Of a stretch of 27,968 nt of DNA, positions 21,605 through 27,968 are shown piece after piece. Position 1 is the stretch's first letter; each line of letters opens with the position of its first letter. The notes under the pieces were generated by a model. It had not been told where the DNA came from, did no database searches, and saw only the letters and a program-made list of their open reading frames with translations. The translations under genes and the position numbers were made by a program. Source of the stretch: Elsinoe ampelina (taxonomy: Eukaryota); NCBI GenBank assembly GCA_010093995.1, contig ML992510.1, forward strand, positions 1,243,339-1,271,306, given 5' to 3'.

Positions 21605-24600
21605 GCATATACGAGCTAGGTATATATCTCTAGCGCTATATCTATAATAAGGCCTTATATAGAGTATAATAGAGTATAGAGTTTAGGTTAATACCTATAA
21701 TAGTAGCGTAAGTATAGCGCTTTATTAAAATATATTTCCCTAGGTAAGAAGTCTATTCTTTGCCCTATTTATGTATTTATATAATCTATTTACTTATATA
21801 CTCTATAATCTATATCTTCGGTAACTTTTCTTAGCTACTCTTAGCTACGACTCGTATATAGCGATTAGCTCTCCTATATTTACGTAATTCTCTTTAGGTT
21901 CCTAGCTATTAAACTTAATAGGCTAGTCCTTCTACTTTACTAAGTAGAATACCTTACTCTTCGTAGTTCTCTTACCTAGAATCTCCTCTACTATCTACTT
22001 ATCTACTTCGTTAGCGAGAGATATACTCTCTTTTAGCTCCTTACTAGCTTTACCTATCTATAGTTTAAGAAGAAATATATAAAAGACATTATAGATATAA
22101 TACTAACTTAGTAAAGCTAGGTAATATACCTACGATTTAATTATGTTAAGTATATAAAATAGACTAAGGAATTATAGTTCTATCTTCTTCTTTAGTATAG
22201 GTAGCTATAAGTTCTTAGCTAAAAGTAGTACTAAGTTACCTACGCTATATACTTTTAGCGTATACTTTCTATTATAGTACTTAGTCTAGTAGGTAGAAGT
22301 CTCTTTCTATTACTCTATTAGCTTTATATATATATCTTATAAGTGTTATACTAACTCTACTACTACTAGTACTCTTCTCCTTAAAGTCTTATTCTAAGAC
22401 TTAATAGCTATTACCTCTAACTCTAGATAGTAGCTATATATTATTTAGAAGAGACTTATACGTAGCGTAGTATAAATACTATTATTACTTACAAATTTCA
22501 CTTATAATAGATGTTCGGCCTAGTTATTCTATAGCTCTATATAGTAGTACCTTAGGTACTATTCTAATATCTAGTTTTACTACTTAGTTTAACTATCTAT
22601 CTATAGGTAAAAGGCTATACTAAGCCTACGCTTTACACGCGTTTCGTAATAGAATTTACTCTAGAACTAGCTAGTAAAGACTAATCCTTAATTACTTACT
22701 ATTTCTCTTAGGATACTATAATAGTAAATAACGTAGTTACGTAGAATCTCTACTAGCTCTATAGATATATACTTCTTAGTAGTAGAGATATATAGTAACA
22801 TCTTAGTATAATAGTCTATAATTACTAGTACTATATTATAGACGCTACTACCTTACTTACTTAGTAGTAGATTAGTAATAAAATCTATTATAATTTCTTA
22901 CTATAGGTAGTCTAGTATTAGTAGCGTATATAGCTTACTATAGAGGCAATAGTAGTATACTTTATACTTCTAGTAAACTTAGTATAACTATACGTAGTTA
23001 TTAATATCTTTTCTTATAGTTAGCTAGAAGTATTTCTATAATAGAAGCTTAAGTATCTTATTCTTACTAAAGTAACTAGCCTATTTGCTATTATAGTATA
23101 TATATAGTATCTATACCTTAAGTACGCTATTATTCGGAATAACTAGTAACTCTTTATAGAAGAGAAAATTATCTTATATATTCTATAGTACTCTACTCTT
23201 ATCTCTACTACTCTTCGCTTATAAATGTAGCTTTATAATCTTAGAGTCTTATCCTTATAGTAGCTCTACTACTAATATTAGGTTAGTAGATAAATCTTTA
23301 AAGAGATTCTCCCTTATAGTTACTATAACTATAACTCGCTAGGTCGTTATAAGCCTCTAAGAGTTCTTAGAAGAGAAGTCGCTACTATATAGTGTATAGG
23401 TAGCCTAGGCCTATTCTAGAGTAGCCTTATATATAGCGTAGATATATCTAATAAGCGAAGTAGCTTTCTTAACGTTAGTAGTCTAGTCCTATATATAAAG
23501 CTTATTCTAAAGAGTAAAAAGGAGATATAATACCTCTTACTCTTCTACTACGTAGTTAGAGCGCCTCGAGGGTATATTAGCTAGATTCCTTATACCTAGC
23601 TAATACTCTATTATAAAGTTAAAAGTAGTAAGGAAGGTAGTCTAGTAAGCTTATTAGCTATTTAGCTATTTTAGCTTTATAAATCCTTAGAGATTATTAT
23701 AGTTAGTAAGTACTTAAATTATATATAAGATACCTTCGAGATAGTATTACTATTACTTAAATATATATATAATTACTAATAGCTCTTAGTTGTATATCTC
23801 GTAATTATACTTAGCTAGGATAAACTTCCTTAACTAAAAGGCAATTAGGTACTAAGTACTATCGAATAGTTAGGACAGAATTACTACTACTATAAACTTT
23901 AATATATTGCTTTTAATACGTAGAGGCAGCGTAGAATTATAGTAGTAGAGAATAGAGGCACGTATAAATATGTCTTTAATGTTCTTAAATATTTATTATT
24001 TACTATTTACTTATACTCTATATAAAAGAGCTATACTTACAACCTTTAACTAAGCCTTTAAGGAGGCTAGAGAGAGAAGTAATAATCTTAGAGTAGTACT
24101 ATATAAAGTAATAATAGAAGTTTATAAAGCTAATAAACTACTAAACCTTATAATAACTCTTCGGCCTTAGCTAATTCTTAATTATAGTTACTCTACTTAG
24201 ATCTATTAAGACGCCTATAGTAGAGATAATATAGCTAAGAAATTCTACCTTCTTAGTAAAGAATTTATATTTCTTAAGGCTAGTATATAAAGTAAACTTC
24301 TATAGCCTTACTAGAACCTCGCGTATATAATATATATAGTTCTCTCTTAAGTTACTATAGATAAGAATATTATTAAGGTAGATAATATAGATAGTATTAA
24401 CTAGTCTATCTAGCGCTTTATTAATATACGCTTAGAAGGTAGCTAGAGCGTTAGTTAATCTAAAAGGTATAACTAAATACTTAAAATAGCTATAGTATAT
24501 ATAGAATATAGTCTTCTACTTATTACTATACTTAATAGAGATCTAATAATAGACATTCTTAAGATCTAGCTTCGAGAACTACTAGGCTTACTTAAGCTAA

Positions 24601-26718
24601 TTAAGTGTCTTACTAATAAGTAGAAGCAAGTAGCGATTCTTAATAGTTACCTCGTTTAAACTTTAATAATCTATATATAAGCGTAGACTACTATCTTTCT
24701 TAGGTATAAATAGGATAGAAGCACCTACCTTACTTATAGAGTGTCTAATTTACTTATTTAATTAAGTAGTCTCGAGATAGTTCTTAAGTACTTTAAGCTC
24801 CTTAACTAAGAGATTATATAAGGGCTAGAATAGAGGCCTCTTACCTAGCTCTAGCTTAATTATATACTCTACGCCTAGTAGGTATAGCAATTTAGTAATA
24901 TTCTTATAGATAAAGATATTAAAGAACTCTACGAATTCTAATAGTAGAGCTAGGTTATCTACGGCGTAAGTATAGTTCTTAGATAGAGTCTATACTATAG
25001 TATATACTCTCGGCTTATTCTTAAGGTCCTTTATAAAGTCTTCTAGTTCGTATAGATAAACTATATATAAGAAGTAGCTATATAACTAGTTATCTATAGC
25101 GCTATCTATAATTATATACTATCTTCTCTACTATAGGCGCTCTAAAATAACTAAAGGGCCTAGTCCTAAGTCTATAGCGTAGAAGAGGCTAATTATCTCT
25201 CTAAGGTTACTATAGAAGTCTACTAGGCGTATATAAAGCTAGTATATACTATAGTAGAATCTAGCTTACTCTATAAAGAAAAAGATACTTAGATACTAAG
25301 TATACTTAACTCTTAGTAGATTATAATAAAGAGTAAATACCTAAGATATAAAATTAACTTCTATATAATTGTCTATAAGAAATATATAGTCTTCGCGCCC
25401 TATAGGCACTATAATAGCGCTATAATAGAGTAGTAATAGATAAGTGTTAATTAGAAGAGGGAAAGAGCTTAGTTATACTCTTTAGCTAAGCCCTTAGAGT
25501 TTCCTAACTTAGAGTTATTAGACTTATCTATAGTAGTAACCTTACGTACTACCTAAGACTTACTATTCTTTTATAAGTGCTTTAACCTATACTCCGGCTT
25601 AATATAACTAGTTTTACTATAACTATAGTACTTAGTATCTCTCTTCTACTTATTAGAGGAACCTCCTTAACTACTAAACTATTTAATAAGTAAGTTAGTA
25701 GCTTTACACTTATAGTAAGCTTAAGAGCTACTACTAGACTAGTAGTAGTATTCTTCTTAGAGGCTACTATAACTACTATACTTACGTAGGTAGTTACTTT
25801 TATCTTTCTATATAGTGCACTTACTACTAGTATAGTCTATAGACTTAATATATAAGCCTAAAGAGACTAACTTCTAGCGCGTAGCTAGAATAGTATAGTG
25901 TTTAATAATAGTAGTACGTAGTATAAGCTATAGCTTAGTAAGGAGATAGTATACTCTCTACTCTTCGGAGTAGAGAGCTAGTTACTCCTTAAGAGTAGCA
26001 AGTTTCGAGGCGAAGGCCTAGATAGATTCGCCCTTATATTATTAGGCTCCTTTATATATAAGAGTTATATATACTTTATAATTAATAGAGTTATTAACTA
26101 TGTCCTATACGAACTAGTAGAATTACTTCTACGTATAGCTTTCTAAGCTATCTACGTAGTAGTAGTAATACTATATCTTATCTAGCTCGCCTATAAGAAA
26201 TATAACTCTATAGAGTACCTTCTACTAGTTACTAGAATAAGTCTTAGGGGCTAGAGCAAAAATAACCTTAAGATTCTTTAGAAAGGATCTTATCTCTTTT
26301 AGAGTCTTACTCTAGTAGAGATAGAGTTCCCTTAGTTAAGGTTATTTAGAGAATAGCCTTATAAATAGTCCGCTACTACTATATATACTCTACGTACTAG
26401 TATTACTTACTATAGACTTAGTAGAAGTACGCGAGCTATAGTTAAAGCCTCCTTAATAGTATTCTATATCGTATATATAGTATATTTACTTAATCTCTTT
26501 CTCGAGGCTCTAAGCTTTAAGCTCTAGCTCTAAACACTTATACTTAGTATATAGGTATAGTAGCTACTCTATAAGAGTTTCTTCTTTCTCTAGGAGAGTC
26601 TACTCGATAGAGTTTATCTCTATAACATTGTTTATATAAGGTATAAGCGCCTTACTAATAGAGTTCTAGTTATCTATAGAGTCTAATAGATTATAACTAT
26701 AAGTAGAGTAATTAAAAC

Positions 26719-26905
26719 TATTAAAGCCTTATATTAAAGCTATATATATTATAATATAGAGAACGCCTATCTAACTAAATAGTCTATTAGTAGTAGAACT
26801 AATTACTATTAAGTTTAAGGCGTAAGTGCTATATAAGATAAATAGGTATATTATATAAGTAAGACTAGTTGCTACTAAGTGCTACTCTAATACTAGGCCC
26901 TTATA
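26719..26905 (-). repeat. 5' LTR of Gypsy element B
   Basis: 187-bp direct repeat of 20,208-20,394, followed on the plus strand by the TSD CTAAC. Confidence 0.92.
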
Positions 26906-27636
26906 CTAACTCCTTAGAAAGTACTAAGCTATTACTATTCGAGGTAACTAGAGAATATAAGCTAAGAATAAGCTTCTAGCCTCCTACTAACTTACTATTA
27001 ATAAGAGCTAAGCTTAATAAGGCCGAAATTCGCGCGCTTACTAAATAACTAGAAGAAGCTCTTACTATTACTAAAGCTAACCTTACTATCGCTTAGTTAT
27101 AAATAGTAGAGTAAGCTAATAAACACCGCTAGCTAATAGAGTTTAAAGCTAGCAATTTAGTGTAGTTATCGACGAAAAACCTTTAGCTATAGAGTAATCT
27201 AAAGCTACTACTAAAGTATATTAGTTCTTATAAGATTCTTAAAAAATAGTTACTATTAGTATATAAGCTTAATCTACTAGCTACTTTATAAAGGATTTAC
27301 TCTATATTCTACGCTAATCTTCTTACTAAGTACCTAAATAACTCTCTACTAGGCTAAGCCTTTAAGAAACTACCTCTAGTAGAGATTAATAGTAAGGAAA
27401 AGTATAAGGTAAATAATATAATTAATATATATATACTATAAGAAAAGCTAGTTACTTATATAAGCTAAAAGAGCTATCTAGAGAATCTTATCTAGTAGCT
27501 AATTAACAATCTTAAAGAAGTAGCCGATATACTACGTAACTATCTAAACTCTTATATAAATAAGCTAAGGTTAAAATAGATTAATAAATAATATATAATA
27601 GCGTTTAAGAGTAAATATACTTAAGAGAGAAGATAG

Positions 27637-27839
27637 TAATATAAGATAGATACGAACTAGATTTAGTTAGGATCTAGTTTAGATTAGTTACGTAATCTTA
27701 GTATTATAGCTTAGGCTTCTAGCTACTTCGCTCTTAATATTATATATGCTTTATATACTAGCTTTTCTTCTTCTTCTTCTAAGTCTTAATATTTTAATAA
27801 ATAGATATAATTAACCTCTTATCTTACTAGTTGTAATTA
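27637..27839 (+). repeat. 3' LTR of Gypsy element A
   Basis: 203-bp direct repeat of 14,875-15,077, preceded by a purine tract and followed by the TSD GTTTA. Confidence 0.92.
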
Positions 27840-27844
27840 GTTTA

Positions 27845-27968
27845 GTTATTTCCTCTACTTTATATATCTCTTTAGATTTATTAACCTTCTATAGAAGCCT
27901 TAGTAGATTAAGTAATCTAATTAGTTTTAGCTAAGGTTATTTCTCTAGCTTATAGAACTAAGTTTTAT
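27845..27968 (-). mobile_element. Probable continuation of the interrupted Copia element (runs off the window)
   Basis: RIP'd sequence beyond the GTTTA TSD. By TSD logic it was contiguous with 14,874 before element A inserted. It is too short to show a diagnostic motif. Confidence 0.65.

Larger units (their letters stand above)
20208..26905 (-). mobile_element. Ty3/Gypsy chromovirus element B (6,698 bp), full-length, RIP-inactivated, with ~1.4 kb extra region between pol and the 3' LTR
   Basis: Paired 187-bp LTRs with TSD CTAAC (20,203-20,207 and 26,906-26,910). Minus-strand motifs: ILFVPKKDGSLRLCVDY (~24,720-24,665), IYLDDILI (~24,385-24,361), RNase H ESDA (~23,910), integrase, and chromodomain W-VEEILG...YLVKWKDWP-EFNSWEPEEN (~22,000-21,885). 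PPT AGAGAAGGAGACAAT (20,409-20,395). Confidence 0.93.
14875..27839 (+). mobile_element. Ty3/Gypsy chromovirus element A (~6.26 kb without the nested insert), full-length, RIP-inactivated
   Basis: Paired 203-bp LTRs with 5-bp TSD GTTTA (14,870-14,874 and 27,840-27,844). RIP-reverted motifs occur in Gypsy order: CCHC knuckle (16,534-16,575), protease AFIDTG (~16,950), RT LFVHKPGGGLRLCVDY (~17,960-18,010) and YLDDILIY (~18,295), RNase H ETDA-D (~18,745), integrase (~19,600-20,207, resuming at 26,911), chromodomain EEEYEVDDII...WKGY (~27,390-27,560). PPT AAGAGAGAAGATAG precedes the 3' LTR. Confidence 0.93.
12425..27968. repeat. AT-rich RIP-mutated transposon block
   Basis: Abrupt loss of long ORFs, near-absence of CpA/TpG and saturation with TpA (tag, cta, taa). 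Retroelement motifs become readable only after reverting C>T and G>A changes. Confidence 0.95.

Noticed and set aside
12425..27968. Mitochondrial insertion, contaminant or alternative-genetic-code DNA as the explanation for the AT-rich half
   Set aside because: Specific CpA/TpG loss, paired LTRs, TSDs and ordered retroelement motifs account for essentially all of it as RIP'd LTR elements.

Overview
Filamentous-ascomycete (Pezizomycotina-type) nuclear DNA in two sharply separated compartments. Bases 1 to ~12,424 are GC-balanced and gene-dense, with short (45-53 nt) spliceosomal introns. They encode a 2OG-Fe(II) dioxygenase, FRG1, long-form tRNase Z, a 5'-truncated membrane-protein relic, an MpaB/DUF2236-like oxygenase, a bZIP transcription factor and a four-exon prefoldin subunit 4 gene that the ORF track misses. 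Bases ~12,425-27,968 are an extremely TpA-rich, RIP-mutated block that parses as three nested LTR retrotransposons. A Ty1/Copia element (minus strand) is interrupted by chromoviral Ty3/Gypsy element A (14,875-27,839, TSD GTTTA). Element A is in turn interrupted inside its integrase by chromoviral Gypsy element B (20,208-26,905, minus strand, TSD CTAAC). The most notable signal is a ~228-codon, three-intron gene carried antisense between pol and the 3' LTR of element B, with a reconstructed six-cysteine Zn-cluster-like motif and an acidic tail. Other points of interest are self-priming PBS signatures in both Gypsy elements, a 12-mer motif shared by the Copia and Gypsy A at the insertion site, and an AUG-less mitochondrial-presequence-like extension on tRNase Z. 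All calls come from manual reading; no searches were run.
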